Source: a virus | DNA: 64,000 nucleotides | Virus record (IMG/VR): IMGVR_UViG_3300044568_002423 | Reading direction: 5' to 3' (one strand) | In this document: one piece after another, positions 10,147 through 20,079 of the stretch | Position numbering within the stretch: position 1 is the stretch's first letter | How the letters are laid out: each line of letters opens with the position of its first letter | Notes under the pieces: generated by a model | What the model was told of the DNA's origin: nothing | What the model saw: the letters and a program-made list of their open reading frames with translations, nothing else | Databases searched by the model: none | Translations under genes and position numbers: made by a program

Positions 10147-10601
10147 TTAACCTTACTCGCTTCGTGTTTTGACTTAAACGGACCACGGTAATCATATCTC
10201 TCCACGGTTATCAGTTTTGGACAATACGCCAATACCCAATTTTTAAATTTAACCGCATACCATCCGGCACAATGGAAACTTTTACTATGTGGGCTTTTTG
10301 TATATAATGGTAACGTACGTCTTACATCATACATCGCGTTGTATGGTATTGACCTAGTTGGAAATCCATGACAATCAGTACTGTCATCAACTGTGCTGTT
10401 AAGTTCATTATTGTTAATAAAAAAGTTTTCACCAAAGTAAGTAGTCAATTCCTCTTTTTTACTAAACCACCAATCACCATCATGATTGGTTAAAATAAAT
10501 TTATTATTTTCTTGGTGATGTAACGTAGCAACTTTTTCACCAGCTTTCTCAACAACCCAAAATTTTCCATCTATTATTGGCTTTGCGTGTATTTCATCCA
10601 T
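10131..10601 (-). CDS. Hypothetical protein (start probably MDEIHAK at 10601)
   Basis: AGGAG RBS precedes the ATG at 10601. Confidence 0.65.
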   Translation of the reverse strand: MDEIHAKPIIDGKFWVVEKAGEKVATLHHQENNKFILTNHDGDWWFSKKEELTTYFGENFFINNNELNSTVDDSTDCHGFPTRSIPYNAMYDVRRTLPLYTKSPHSKSFHCAGWYAVKFKNWVLAYCPKLITVERYDYRGPFKSKHEASKVKCNLK

Positions 10602-10620
10602 CCCATTCTCCTGTCTGTTT

Positions 10621-10848
10621 TTAACTGACATCTTTGTATAACAAGGTTGCTGCTTCTTCAATGGTTAATGGTATAGCATCTGCGTACCCATGAAAATAGT
10701 CATCTTTTGTTTTAAATCTATAATCAGATACCAATCTGTCATTATAACGAGTAATTATATCAATTTTATAGTTACGACCACTTTTACTAGTTTTACATTT
10801 ACACAATATACCGGAAGGTGGTATATTTTTAAACCATTCGTTATTCAT
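10621..10848 (-). CDS. Hypothetical protein
   Basis: AAGGA RBS. Confidence 0.55.
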   Translation of the reverse strand: MNNEWFKNIPPSGILCKCKTSKSGRNYKIDIITRYNDRLVSDYRFKTKDDYFHGYADAIPLTIEEAATLLYKDVS

Positions 10849-10860
10849 AATAATCCTTTA

Positions 10861-11334
10861 TTATTTTTTGGTAAGTACATTAATTGCTGAAATAAAAACT
10901 GCAAATCCGGAAACTCCATCGACCGTATTTTCTACAATTTTGTATGCTGTTTCAATCGCAACTTTATGTTGTGATTGATATAAACTAATTGCGATATTGT
11001 TTTTCTTATCATATAAGACATTGATAAAATCTTTAAAAACTTCTTCGTCTGGATATCCAGTTAGCTCTTCAAAACCAATACGTTTTAGTTTTAGTATAAG
11101 TTCTTTGTTAGCTTCAACGAAGATATTTTGCTGAAATACTACACAATCAAGTTCTAATGCTGTGGCAAATATTCTGCCATGGTCGGTATTTCTAAAAGCC
11201 CACGCTCGTCCCAATTTGTGTTTGGCTACCCGTTGTTTAATTTTAAATCTATCGATCAATGGAGCAAATGGTTGATATGTTGCTACTGAACGGTTAGTTT
11301 TATTTTTTGGTGGTTGTTCAATTATATTTGACAT
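10861..11334 (-). CDS. Hypothetical protein
   Basis: 157-aa ORF in operon. Confidence 0.6.
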   Translation of the reverse strand: MSNIIEQPPKNKTNRSVATYQPFAPLIDRFKIKQRVAKHKLGRAWAFRNTDHGRIFATALELDCVVFQQNIFVEANKELILKLKRIGFEELTGYPDEEVFKDFINVLYDKKNNIAISLYQSQHKVAIETAYKIVENTVDGVSGFAVFISAINVLTKK

Positions 11335-11363
11335 ATATTATCTCAGTATAGTTAAAATAAAAA

Positions 11364-12020
11364 TTAATGTTTGTCTACTAGTGTCAGGCTAAAATCTATA
11401 CTTTTACCAGTGGTACTTCCTCCAATATTGTCGATATCCTCACCATCATACCTTACAGTTGAGCATAAAAGTGATCCTTCAATGTCATCGTATACGAATG
11501 ATAATTTAGTTGGATCGAACACGGATGTTAATTCTATATCACCTTCAAATAGGGTGCCTTTTTCTCCGGCCTGTCCATAAAATACAACCGTGCCATCTGG
11601 TTGATCGTTGATATAATACTCTTTACTTTCTTCTACTAAAATATCACTCTCTTCTAATACGATAGGATCTAAATTATGTGACCATACTTCATTCTCCTCA
11701 TTATCAAATACAGTAATGTTATTATAGTCAGACATTTCAATGCCACATTCATGAACGATATCACAACATTCATACCATTCGCCTGGGGGAAATGGCATCA
11801 TATCTTCGGGAACCTCAAATGTATTTTCATCATCGGTTGCATACTCCTCCAAATCGATATCATTTTCTTCAAAGTAATCATATATTTCTCGACTAACTGT
11901 CCCCAATACTGATTCACTACCATAACCCCATAATTCAATACGATAGGTGCATGGTGTAAATTTAAGTATTTCAAGAAGTTCCCGTTGTTCTTCGATGGAT
12001 GGTTCTGTATCAATTGTCAT
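11364..12020 (-). CDS. Highly acidic hypothetical protein
   Basis: About 55 D/E vs about 10 K/R in 218 aa; GGAG RBS; own promoter. Confidence 0.7.
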   Translation of the reverse strand: MTIDTEPSIEEQRELLEILKFTPCTYRIELWGYGSESVLGTVSREIYDYFEENDIDLEEYATDDENTFEVPEDMMPFPPGEWYECCDIVHECGIEMSDYNNITVFDNEENEVWSHNLDPIVLEESDILVEESKEYYINDQPDGTVVFYGQAGEKGTLFEGDIELTSVFDPTKLSFVYDDIEGSLLCSTVRYDGEDIDNIGGSTTGKSIDFSLTLVDKH

Positions 12021-12057
12021 ATCTGGTCTCCCAATGTGATTGTAAATTAGTAGAGGT

Positions 12058-12086
12058 ATTATACAATACTAATTTACACTTGTCAA
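12058..12086 (-). promoter_or_regulatory. Consensus sigma70 promoter overlapped by a 12-bp inverted repeat
   Basis: TTGACA-17-TATAAT; TGTAAATTAGTA (12041-12052)/TACTAATTTACA (12067-12078). Confidence 0.85.
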
Positions 12087-12094
12087 GTAAAATG

Positions 12095-12283
12095 TTATGT
12101 TTTTGGTAAGTTGTTTGCTGCTGTAATTAGTTCGAAAACTTCATCCAGTGATGTTGCTAGTATTTTTGAAGTAATCCAGTCATCTTCACTATCGCGACCA
12201 CTGATCTCAACCATAAAACCATTATCGTAACGATATACGGTTAATGATTCTTCTACTTTCGTTAATTTGTTACTTAGTTTCAT
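12095..12283 (-). CDS. Small hypothetical protein (start MKLSNK)
   Basis: AAGGA RBS before 12283. Confidence 0.6.
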   Translation of the reverse strand: MKLSNKLTKVEESLTVYRYDNGFMVEISGRDSEDDWITSKILATSLDEVFELITAANNLPKT

Positions 12284-12302
12284 TATTTTTCCTTTTATTA
12301 TG

Positions 12303-13283
12303 TTATTTGTATCTTGCTTGGAATGGTTCGGCATATAATTGAATATTATCTACCATCTTTTTCATGTCAAATGATTGACAAAATTTCATCATACGAATAC
12401 CTACTTGCGATATTTCTTTTGGTTTGCAATTAAGCTTAACCGTGTCATCTATAATTATTCTAACATCAGCTGGCTGTGCTGTCAAATCAATTAATTTCCT
12501 ATTACGTTCATAATCATCCAATACTCGATGGTCCTTACCATTATGATCAGTCCATCGTTGAAGCATTAGATTATTGTATGAAAATCCCTTATCGTTTCGA
12601 TCACTAAATGCTTCTTGTAATCCAACTTTATTTTTACTACCTTTTGTTCTAACGCCTGGATATGCAGAAAATACGTTATCGGATGTATCACCACGCATAC
12701 ATTTTTCAAATAACATCCATGATGGATTAATTGGTGCTTTAATCTCTCCTGTTTTTTTATCCTTAACTGGCTTTCCCTTAGCATCAAAATAGCCTTCATG
12801 TGTTATATGTTGATCAGACACTCCATTATATTGACTAACATTTTCGTTAATCAATTGATAGAAATCACTATCGGTACTGATAATAATATGTTTTGAAGTT
12901 GGGTGTGCTTGAATAAACCCGGCAATCAAATCATCAGCTTCTAATCGTTCATGTTGTAAAATAGTACAATTAGTTTTTTCATTTAGAAATGTCTTGAACT
13001 CATCAAAGGCTTCCCAGAATACTTTTTCTTCATCCTGTTCTTTGACAGTCATCGCCGATCTTGTTTCTGTTCTATTTCTCTTATATGGTTCGTAGAAATC
13101 TTTCCTCCATGAACGTCCTTCGAGGCATATAACTACGTGTTTCCCATCAAAATCCTGCCATGCTTTTTTAATACAGTTAAAAGTTATGTGAAACGCCATG
13201 CCTAGTTTTATGTCGGCATTGCCTTGTATGGCATGTCTCGCACGATAAAACGTATTAGCTAGATCAACGATAATGTATGTCAT
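12303..13283 (-). CDS. rnh: T4 RNase H-like 5'-3' exonuclease / flap endonuclease
   Basis: IIVD at the N-terminus, WRK..Y..YK.NR, LEADD, ISTDSDFYQL, GDTSDNV. Confidence 0.85.
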   Translation of the reverse strand: MTYIIVDLANTFYRARHAIQGNADIKLGMAFHITFNCIKKAWQDFDGKHVVICLEGRSWRKDFYEPYKRNRTETRSAMTVKEQDEEKVFWEAFDEFKTFLNEKTNCTILQHERLEADDLIAGFIQAHPTSKHIIISTDSDFYQLINENVSQYNGVSDQHITHEGYFDAKGKPVKDKKTGEIKAPINPSWMLFEKCMRGDTSDNVFSAYPGVRTKGSKNKVGLQEAFSDRNDKGFSYNNLMLQRWTDHNGKDHRVLDDYERNRKLIDLTAQPADVRIIIDDTVKLNCKPKEISQVGIRMMKFCQSFDMKKMVDNIQLYAEPFQARYK

Positions 13284-13870
13284 TATATTATTCTCAATTC
13301 AGTACTGTTAAATGAAATATCTTTTTTCCAAACACAATGCATGTATTCAATTGAATCAGTGCCACCAGTATTTAAAAAACGCATTCTTTCAGAATGAACA
13401 TAACAACACATCGGTAAGTTATGTGTCCAGAATGGTTTTCTACCTTTTGACCCAAAGAAGTTTAATCTTAATAACATCACAACGTAACCACCAGTTGCCA
13501 CGTCAGTCAATGCCTTATTGATAATCTCCAACGCAAGATTAAATGGTGGATTGGTAATGATACAATCAGGCGGAGTTGGCATTATTGTTGGCAACGCTGT
13601 AATTAGATAATCATTTCCAGAATGATTTGCTAATGAATCTGTTCTTAAATCAAGAGTTTCAATAGTGGTATACCCATTATTCATCAATGCAGTTGGATAA
13701 CTCATTGGGTTTATGCTGTCTCCTCCCGCACATGGATCTAGTAATATATTCCCAAGTGACCCATAATCTTTATGAAAATTAATAATAAAATCATTAATAT
13801 TCCTTACAGGCGTGACGTAGTAGTCAGCGACATGTGAATCACGTGCTGCTGAACGATTGGTTGAACTCAT
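13283..13870 (-). CDS. DNA amino-methyltransferase (orphan)
   Basis: DYYVTP, SAM motif LDPCAG, catalytic NPPF. Confidence 0.75.
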   Translation of the reverse strand: MSSTNRSAARDSHVADYYVTPVRNINDFIINFHKDYGSLGNILLDPCAGGDSINPMSYPTALMNNGYTTIETLDLRTDSLANHSGNDYLITALPTIMPTPPDCIITNPPFNLALEIINKALTDVATGGYVVMLLRLNFFGSKGRKPFWTHNLPMCCYVHSERMRFLNTGGTDSIEYMHCVWKKDISFNSTELRII

Positions 13871-14371
13871 TTATTTTACCTCGGCTTTTCCACCGGCTAA
13901 CTTGGTTACATTAATATATCCAGATGAACGTTCATCAATATCTTCCACCCCGACTTCTGTCGCGGCATTAATACAAATATCTCTAAACCATCTGGACACG
14001 ATTTCTTCATCGGGGTCACCATCATATCCATACCCTTCAGCTTTCAATTGTACTATAAAGTGGTCATTCCAGTCAAGCTCATAAAATCCATTTCTAATAT
14101 TTTCTTGATTTACCTTGAAACCAACTACATCCACCCATGCTTCTTTCTTCTTATTAGCAATTTCCTTTGATGTAAGCTTTGTTACTTCCTCGGCTTCTTT
14201 TTTAATTCTACGTGCTTCTGCTTCTTCTTTCTTAAGGCGCTTTTTCTCGGCAGCTTTTTCTTTACGGAGCCTATCGGCTTCCTCCTTCAGTAGTCGTGCT
14301 TCTTCTTCCTGTGCCAACAATGCTTCCTTGGCGGTAATTCCAGTTATATCTTTAAAAAATTTCTTAATCAT
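13871..14371 (-). CDS. Hypothetical protein with charged coiled coil
   Basis: E/K/R-rich helix, then a globular C-terminus. Confidence 0.7.
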   Translation of the reverse strand: MIKKFFKDITGITAKEALLAQEEEARLLKEEADRLRKEKAAEKKRLKKEEAEARRIKKEAEEVTKLTSKEIANKKKEAWVDVVGFKVNQENIRNGFYELDWNDHFIVQLKAEGYGYDGDPDEEIVSRWFRDICINAATEVGVEDIDERSSGYINVTKLAGGKAEVK

Positions 14372-14819
14372 TCTTTTTCCTCTTTAACTCTCGATCTTTT
14401 TGAAATTGATGCATATCCTTAATAGCAGTTTTTATCGTCTCGGCATAATTTAACGCTTGTTGTTCAGTCATAATTGTTGTTTGATGATATTTTAAATAAC
14501 CAACTGTCCATAATTTATACGTCAATGAAATTCTAGTGTGTATCCCATTAATAAGTTTTCTGATAGATGAATCAATACTATATAAAAAAGAATTACGTAT
14601 ATATGGTTGATAATTTTCATTTACCAATAACGACCAGTAATCACTCTTTTGAATAGTCCACGTATTCATACCAATAGTCTGTTCATCGACTTCTATTTCA
14701 AAATCTATTTCATCATCAGGGTTACCACAAGAGCATACAACGGTATAAAATTTACTGTCGCCGTAATCGCCTTTTTTTAAAATACCATCTGCTGGCGCTT
14801 GTGCTTTTATTTTAGTCAT
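14364..14819 (-). CDS. Hypothetical protein
   Basis: ORF in operon; CSCG motif. Confidence 0.6.
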   Translation of the reverse strand: MTKIKAQAPADGILKKGDYGDSKFYTVVCSCGNPDDEIDFEIEVDEQTIGMNTWTIQKSDYWSLLVNENYQPYIRNSFLYSIDSSIRKLINGIHTRISLTYKLWTVGYLKYHQTTIMTEQQALNYAETIKTAIKDMHQFQKDRELKRKKND

Positions 14820-14979
14820 TGTTAGTTTTCTCAAGCATTAACAGTTCATATTTGAGATACTTTAGGTATTCACCAAGCATTTCAACACGACGAGCATCAC
14901 CATTATCTATTCTCATGTTTGTCATGTCAGTTTCAACCATTGCTATTTTGTCTTTTAATTCTGCTATTGTTAAACTCAT
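14812..14979 (-). CDS. Small hypothetical protein
   Basis: Overlapping operon ORF. Confidence 0.5.
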   Translation of the reverse strand: MSLTIAELKDKIAMVETDMTNMRIDNGDARRVEMLGEYLKYLKYELLMLEKTNND

Positions 14980-15176
14980 AACTTTTCTTCCAAGTAACAT
15001 ATATCTAAAATTTTATCAAATCCATCTGTATCAAATGTCATAGATGAACTGTTGTCCATCAAGGTATTGCCATTAATCATTTTTTTAATATTGGTAACTA
15101 TAAGTTCAAGTTCCTGATAGGACCCATTAAATTCATTAATAAATTCTGGTGAGAATGCAATATTGACATTTTTCAT
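14976..15176 (-). CDS. Small hypothetical protein
   Basis: ATGA overlaps. Confidence 0.5.
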   Translation of the reverse strand: MKNVNIAFSPEFINEFNGSYQELELIVTNIKKMINGNTLMDNSSSMTFDTDGFDKILDICYLEEKL

Positions 15177-15505
15177 TTAGACTCCTTGATAGCATACCAA
15201 GTTTTAAGACAGGCCAATCTTTCCATATATTCCTCGTTTAATTGTTTAAGTTTTTTGTCTAGTTTTTCCATTTTAACATCTCTAATTGGAATATTCAATA
15301 ATATTTCTATTTTTTCAAGTCTTTCATTTAATGATTGGCCTTTCAATATAATTTCGTCGACATGGACCTTGGGAGTAGCAGTAGATACAGAAGCCCAACT
15401 AGTAGCATTGGCTCCATTGGTTCCATTGGTTCCATAAATTTGTGTGCTGTTTGATCCAATAGGACCAACAGTTATAGTACCATTATTAGTTACAGTTGAC
15501 ATCAT
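15173..15505 (-). CDS. Hypothetical protein
   Basis: AAGGA RBS. Confidence 0.6.
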   Translation of the reverse strand: MMSTVTNNGTITVGPIGSNSTQIYGTNGTNGANATSWASVSTATPKVHVDEIILKGQSLNERLEKIEILLNIPIRDVKMEKLDKKLKQLNEEYMERLACLKTWYAIKESK

Positions 15506-15521
15506 TCAAATCCTTAAAATA

Positions 15522-15552
15522 AAGTTGAGTAGAAGAGGTTTCTACTCAACTT
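15522..15552 (-). terminator. 13-bp stem hairpin
   Basis: AAGTTGAGTAGAA-GAGGT-TTCTACTCAACTT; T-rich downstream on the minus strand. Confidence 0.7.
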
Positions 15553-15559
15553 GTCATTG

Positions 15560-15841
15560 TTACTTTTTAACGTAAGCAGGTTTGTTGTTATTCCAAGGTT
15601 TATTTCCCTGGTAGGGTTTTTTCTCACCATACGGGGGTTTATTTCCCTGATAGGGTTTACGTGGCCGTTTACTAGCTAAAAATGCACCGTATGATTGTGA
15701 GTCTTTACGGTATAATTCAGCTGGGTCAAATTTTCGCAATTCCAATCTGCAAAAATCATGAAATTCTTCTAAATCGGCAAATATTCTTACGATATCTGGA
15801 CGACTTTCAAAGTATGAAAATGTTCGGTAGTTCTTAGCCAT
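15560..15841 (-). CDS. Basic small protein with a repeated KPYQGNKP tail
   Basis: RBS AAGGA; duplicated ~24-nt unit. Confidence 0.7.
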   Translation of the reverse strand: MAKNYRTFSYFESRPDIVRIFADLEEFHDFCRLELRKFDPAELYRKDSQSYGAFLASKRPRKPYQGNKPPYGEKKPYQGNKPWNNNKPAYVKK

Positions 15842-15872
15842 AATAGCTTCCTTTCTCTTGTGGTTGTTAAAA

Positions 15873-15894
15873 ACTACTACATCATTGTAGTAGT
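15873..15894 (-). terminator. Rho-independent terminator-like hairpin
   Basis: ACTACTACA-TCAT-TGTAGTAGT followed by TTTT on the minus strand. Confidence 0.6.
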
Positions 15895-15901
15895 GGTAAA
15901 A

Positions 15902-16210
15902 TTATTTTATTTTTGGCCCATAATACGAAGGCGTAGTATTAGATGTATACATAGTTTCATTATATGCTGGGTGTTGATACAAGGTAGATATGTGAATTTC
16001 ATCAACTTTCTTCTTCATTGTTTCAACCTCATCTAATAGATTACCAAGTGGTCCTTTATTACGGGTGTCAGTTTCCTCAGCATGGACCAATGCTGCTATC
16101 ACTAATAAATTATGAAGACACTTTTTAACAGCAGGATTATTTGAAGTCAATGCTGTGTCAAATAATTCCGCAAATGTTTTCAAATCTACATCATCTGTTA
16201 GTTGTGTCAT
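15902..16210 (-). CDS. Hypothetical protein
   Basis: ORF in operon. Confidence 0.6.
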   Translation of the reverse strand: MTQLTDDVDLKTFAELFDTALTSNNPAVKKCLHNLLVIAALVHAEETDTRNKGPLGNLLDEVETMKKKVDEIHISTLYQHPAYNETMYTSNTTPSYYGPKIK

Positions 16211-16220
16211 ATTTATATCT

Positions 16221-16571
16221 TTATAATATGTGTTGAGATATAACCATACAGCTTATCCAAACCCATACTAAATTAAATGCCACTAGAGTGGGTAATAATT
16301 TTTTATTACTAGCCCATATCAATGACAAACTGGTCAAAAGAGTGAAGCAATATAACCACCATATCTGTATTCCAAATATCAATCCTGGAATAATAATTAT
16401 AGCTTTAGCTGCCCAACTTAAAAATTCAACAGTGTTATAATCAGTCCAATATGATCTGTTAAACCACATTTTAAAACATTCACCTATTCTTTTCCAATTC
16501 GAATGTGTAAAAACTATTATAACTAATACGATCCAAGTGCCAGTAGCTAAAATTACTTGTTCGATATTCAT
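16221..16571 (-). CDS. Small multi-pass membrane protein
   Basis: 3-4 hydrophobic segments. Confidence 0.65.
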   Translation of the reverse strand: MNIEQVILATGTWIVLVIIVFTHSNWKRIGECFKMWFNRSYWTDYNTVEFLSWAAKAIIIIPGLIFGIQIWWLYCFTLLTSLSLIWASNKKLLPTLVAFNLVWVWISCMVISQHIL

Positions 16572-17302
16572 TATTTTACCTGTGCCCTAAATGTATAGTT
16601 ATACTTTGCAATACCGCTATCAACCGTTATCTGTAACGCACCCCCATCATTTATTTTGACAGTTTTGTCACCAAACAGGTTTAATACACTGATTACTAAT
16701 GATTTTGGCCATGCCCAATTTGATTTCAATATACCGGAGACATTTGGATGGAATACAAAATTACCAGCATGGGTATTCAAATCACCGAAGCTTATAACTA
16801 GGTTTCCATCCTGTGTAGTAGTTTGAAATACAGTTTCTTCGGTATGTGCTGATGCTTGGAATTTCAATCGTTGAATATTTGTTTGGGTTGGTTCAAACTG
16901 AACTTGCCAAGTTGTTCCTGAAAAATTAGGATTGCCAACTTGTTTATCAATAATAAATCTATTAATAAATCGATAATCATTTTGAAAGTCACCAGAGGCA
17001 TTTTCAAAATGTAATCCAGTAGGTATTACTTCACCATCACGAGTTTCGGTAAGTAATTTAATAGTTGCGTTATCTTGATATTCTGGGCATTTTAGATGTA
17101 AATCTAACTTATTTAAGTATGTCATGCCAAATACGCCAGATAACTTTGTTAATGGAACATGTGTAATTCCATTCAACATCATTATTTTATCTTCAGATAT
17201 AGCATCAATGATGGTAGATTCTGGAGTAGCGGTAATTCTAATAGCTGGAACTACTCCTAGACTGTGGGTATGTGAGACGACATCTTGTAGAAAATCTTTC
17301 AT
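16571..17302 (-). CDS. Probable sliding clamp (gp45/PCNA-like processivity factor)
   Basis: 243 aa, alpha/beta pattern, directly downstream of PolB; clamp loader present in window; positional inference. Confidence 0.5.
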   Translation of the reverse strand: MKDFLQDVVSHTHSLGVVPAIRITATPESTIIDAISEDKIMMLNGITHVPLTKLSGVFGMTYLNKLDLHLKCPEYQDNATIKLLTETRDGEVIPTGLHFENASGDFQNDYRFINRFIIDKQVGNPNFSGTTWQVQFEPTQTNIQRLKFQASAHTEETVFQTTTQDGNLVISFGDLNTHAGNFVFHPNVSGILKSNWAWPKSLVISVLNLFGDKTVKINDGGALQITVDSGIAKYNYTFRAQVK

Positions 17303-17329
17303 TATTTAATGTTCCTTTAATTAGTGGGT

Positions 17330-17358
17330 ATTATACTATTATTTTATGAGTTTGTCAA
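17330..17358 (-). promoter_or_regulatory. Consensus sigma70 promoter
   Basis: TTGACA-17-TATAAT exact. Confidence 0.85.
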
Positions 17359-17366
17359 GTAGTTTT

Positions 17367-20039
17367 TTAATAACTGAATAAACTATCAATTGATGTTTTT
17401 TCATAAGTATTATGCAAATTCCAATCAAGTACCCCAATCAAATTTGATACTTTCTTGTCAATGATAACTGCTTCCATTTCAGCATGTTCAAATGGTAAAT
17501 CTTTAAACCATTGGGGCAATCTAAATTCATCAACTGGATATGCCACGCTGGTAAATCCAAGTGGATTATTTTTAAGTTTACAAACAATTACTTTGGCGCC
17601 ATCAATAATATTCATTGAATACTTGTCACCATACATTTGTTTTAATACATTCCAGTTAATACTAGCTCGTACATGCCCGGGCATATTTATTTTACCCTTG
17701 ACAGATTCTTTAAGTTGGTATTTGGTAATATTATTGGCTCGTTTTGGTGAACCTTTTTCCCATCCCGGCATTGCTTTAAACTTTGCTCGAAACTCAGTGA
17801 TATGCTGTAAGACTTGTTCTTCTGGGATACCAGTGAGCACTTGTTCTAATACTTCACTTAAAAAGTTTTGTACGAACTCCGGGGTATCACTTCTTTTAAG
17901 ATCCAATCCCATTGCTTTAATTTCACCAGCTTTGCCATTCGTATCTTTACGCTTTCCTTCTTTATCGTATACCAATACTGAATATCGTTTTTTGGTAATG
18001 AATAGTGCCTTACTACCTACAATTTCTCGACCGGCTTTGATAACATCCCCTCTAGAAGGTGGACAATGAAATGAGTTTAACATGAACTGTGAAAACGTAG
18101 TATTAACTTCTTCACCAATTTCATCATATAAATTAGCTATAGATTCTCTCGTCCATTCAACATTGCCAGCAATTATTTCATTTTTTAAAGTAGGATAAGC
18201 GGAGAAATAAACAGAATCGGTATCACAGTAAATGATTGCATCGCCAGTATGATTATATTGTCCAGTTATAATCTCGTTAACTTTTGCCGCCATATGTTTA
18301 TCAATTTGCTTGCCGGTCAGGGTAACGGATTGTCCTATTCTCTTATCATAAAATCGACAGCCTTGGTTAAGTATAGCACCATATAATGAATTTAGAACAA
18401 TCTTTTTAACTAACTGACGTTTATCCCAATATTCTTCCTGTTCCTTATCACCACTGGCGATTGCTTCTTTGAGTTTTTTCTGCATATCCTTACGTTCAGC
18501 ATACCATCGCTTTAACAGTCCTGGGATAATAGCTTCACGATCATAAGCAAATATAGTACCGTTGGCACTTAACATCCATGGTTGATTATTATCAAATATA
18601 AGTTGATATACTCTATCGGCACTAGCTACATCATTACCGCCATCTTCCCAATCAATTGTTATCTCTGTTTCAATTTCTCGATTCATTACTGCTTCATATT
18701 CTAATGACCCGAATAGTTTTTCCCAAGCAGAAGTTATTGACTTACCCTTGGCTTTTTCACCTTGAAGGTAAGCATCGGTCATTGTTTGTCTTAATTGTCC
18801 AACGATTGTTTCTGGACCCATGTTTAATGCACGAATAACTGATGGATAGAGAGAGTTTATATCTAATGACCCAAGCCAATCATGCATTCCTTTTTTAGGA
18901 TAAGCCACGTAAGCACCAGCAGCGCCATCATCTTCCGCAGATTTTCTTTCAGTCCTAACACGATTAGGAACTTGAAATCCCCTACGATGTGCTTCATTGA
19001 TAATAGACTGTTCCGTTACTGCTACTGCTCCCATTGTAGTTGGCAATAGGACGGTACTTTCATGTGCTAGAACATTTGCAATATCCATGAACTTAAGTTT
19101 TTTATCTAGTCTTTCCAACAGCATGGTATCTTGTCTATTATATTCAATAAACTTTTTGAAGTCATTATTGTATAATTGGTCAAGTGTGCCTTCGTACTGT
19201 GTTTTTCTTTCACCTAATTCATATTCAGCAATGGCATCTAACCGATAACTATGTCGTTCCTCATATGTATATTTTCGATATAATTCCAAACTATCTAAGT
19301 GAACTCGTCCAACTAAATCATAAGTGACAGCCGCCTTGCCATACTTTTCATATTCACGACGTTTTGGTAACTGATCCCATAAGCACATGCGTCTAGTATC
19401 ATTTTTACTTAACGCCTTTGTAATTCTATTAACGGTATATGGTATATCAAATCCTTCTGAATTCCACCCGCTAAGTACATCAGAATCTTTAATTAAGTCT
19501 AAGAACGTGTCAAGCATTTCAGCTTCTGTTGTGAACAATAACGTATTGGGAAACTCTGCTACTAGTTCAGTTGCTTCCTCCATGGATAATGTTTTTGGCG
19601 GCACCGCCAAGCAGACTAGTGTGTTTAGCCACTGTAAATATACAGCAATTGCTGTGATTGGCATAAATGCATCATCTGGCGAAGCATATCCACGTTCAGG
19701 GTCAAAATCGACCTCGATATCGTACCACGCTACGTTTAGTTTAGGCGCATCTTTGTTTAGATAATTATCACTTAAACAAACATAAACCGGATTGATGTCA
19801 GATTCAAATATTTGTTTATTGTTATTGATAGATAATTCTTTTCGAAATTCTTTTGAATTTTTACAAACAATCTTGGAAACAGGTTTTCCATATATTGATT
19901 GATATTTACCACGTGGGTCATCCACGTAGAAAGTTCGTTTGACTGGGTATTCTTTAAATATTCTTTCGCCTGATAGGCTTCGTTCAACAAGGTTAACAAT
20001 ATCTGTATCCTTGTCATAATATGCATCGACGTAACTCAT
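17367..20039 (-). CDS. polB: Family B DNA polymerase with 3'-5' exonuclease (T4 gp43-like)
   Basis: ExoI DIE, ExoII WNSEGFD, ExoIII YNRQD, DINSLYPS, KK..LNSLYG, YCDTDS, KKRY. Confidence 0.95.
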   Translation of the reverse strand: MSYVDAYYDKDTDIVNLVERSLSGERIFKEYPVKRTFYVDDPRGKYQSIYGKPVSKIVCKNSKEFRKELSINNNKQIFESDINPVYVCLSDNYLNKDAPKLNVAWYDIEVDFDPERGYASPDDAFMPITAIAVYLQWLNTLVCLAVPPKTLSMEEATELVAEFPNTLLFTTEAEMLDTFLDLIKDSDVLSGWNSEGFDIPYTVNRITKALSKNDTRRMCLWDQLPKRREYEKYGKAAVTYDLVGRVHLDSLELYRKYTYEERHSYRLDAIAEYELGERKTQYEGTLDQLYNNDFKKFIEYNRQDTMLLERLDKKLKFMDIANVLAHESTVLLPTTMGAVAVTEQSIINEAHRRGFQVPNRVRTERKSAEDDGAAGAYVAYPKKGMHDWLGSLDINSLYPSVIRALNMGPETIVGQLRQTMTDAYLQGEKAKGKSITSAWEKLFGSLEYEAVMNREIETEITIDWEDGGNDVASADRVYQLIFDNNQPWMLSANGTIFAYDREAIIPGLLKRWYAERKDMQKKLKEAIASGDKEQEEYWDKRQLVKKIVLNSLYGAILNQGCRFYDKRIGQSVTLTGKQIDKHMAAKVNEIITGQYNHTGDAIIYCDTDSVYFSAYPTLKNEIIAGNVEWTRESIANLYDEIGEEVNTTFSQFMLNSFHCPPSRGDVIKAGREIVGSKALFITKKRYSVLVYDKEGKRKDTNGKAGEIKAMGLDLKRSDTPEFVQNFLSEVLEQVLTGIPEEQVLQHITEFRAKFKAMPGWEKGSPKRANNITKYQLKESVKGKINMPGHVRASINWNVLKQMYGDKYSMNIIDGAKVIVCKLKNNPLGFTSVAYPVDEFRLPQWFKDLPFEHAEMEAVIIDKKVSNLIGVLDWNLHNTYEKTSIDSLFSY

Positions 20040-20057
20040 TATATAATCCTTTATATT

Positions 20058-20079
20058 TTTGTGATTTCCGGCTCACAAA
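20058..20079 (-). promoter_or_regulatory. Putative translational operator hairpin upstream of the polB RBS
   Basis: TTTGTGA-GCCGGAAA-TCACAAA, then AATATA-AAGGA-TTATATA-ATG. Confidence 0.55.

Noticed and set aside
18210-18235. YCDTDS instead of YGDTDS in PolB
   Set aside because: Catalytic DTD is intact and Cys at this position occurs in other active family B polymerases
17455-19764. Long antisense ORFs inside polB (also inside clpA, the giant fibre gene and 23728..24384)
   Set aside because: Shadow ORFs from codon bias; no RBS or motifs, and they overlap well-supported genes
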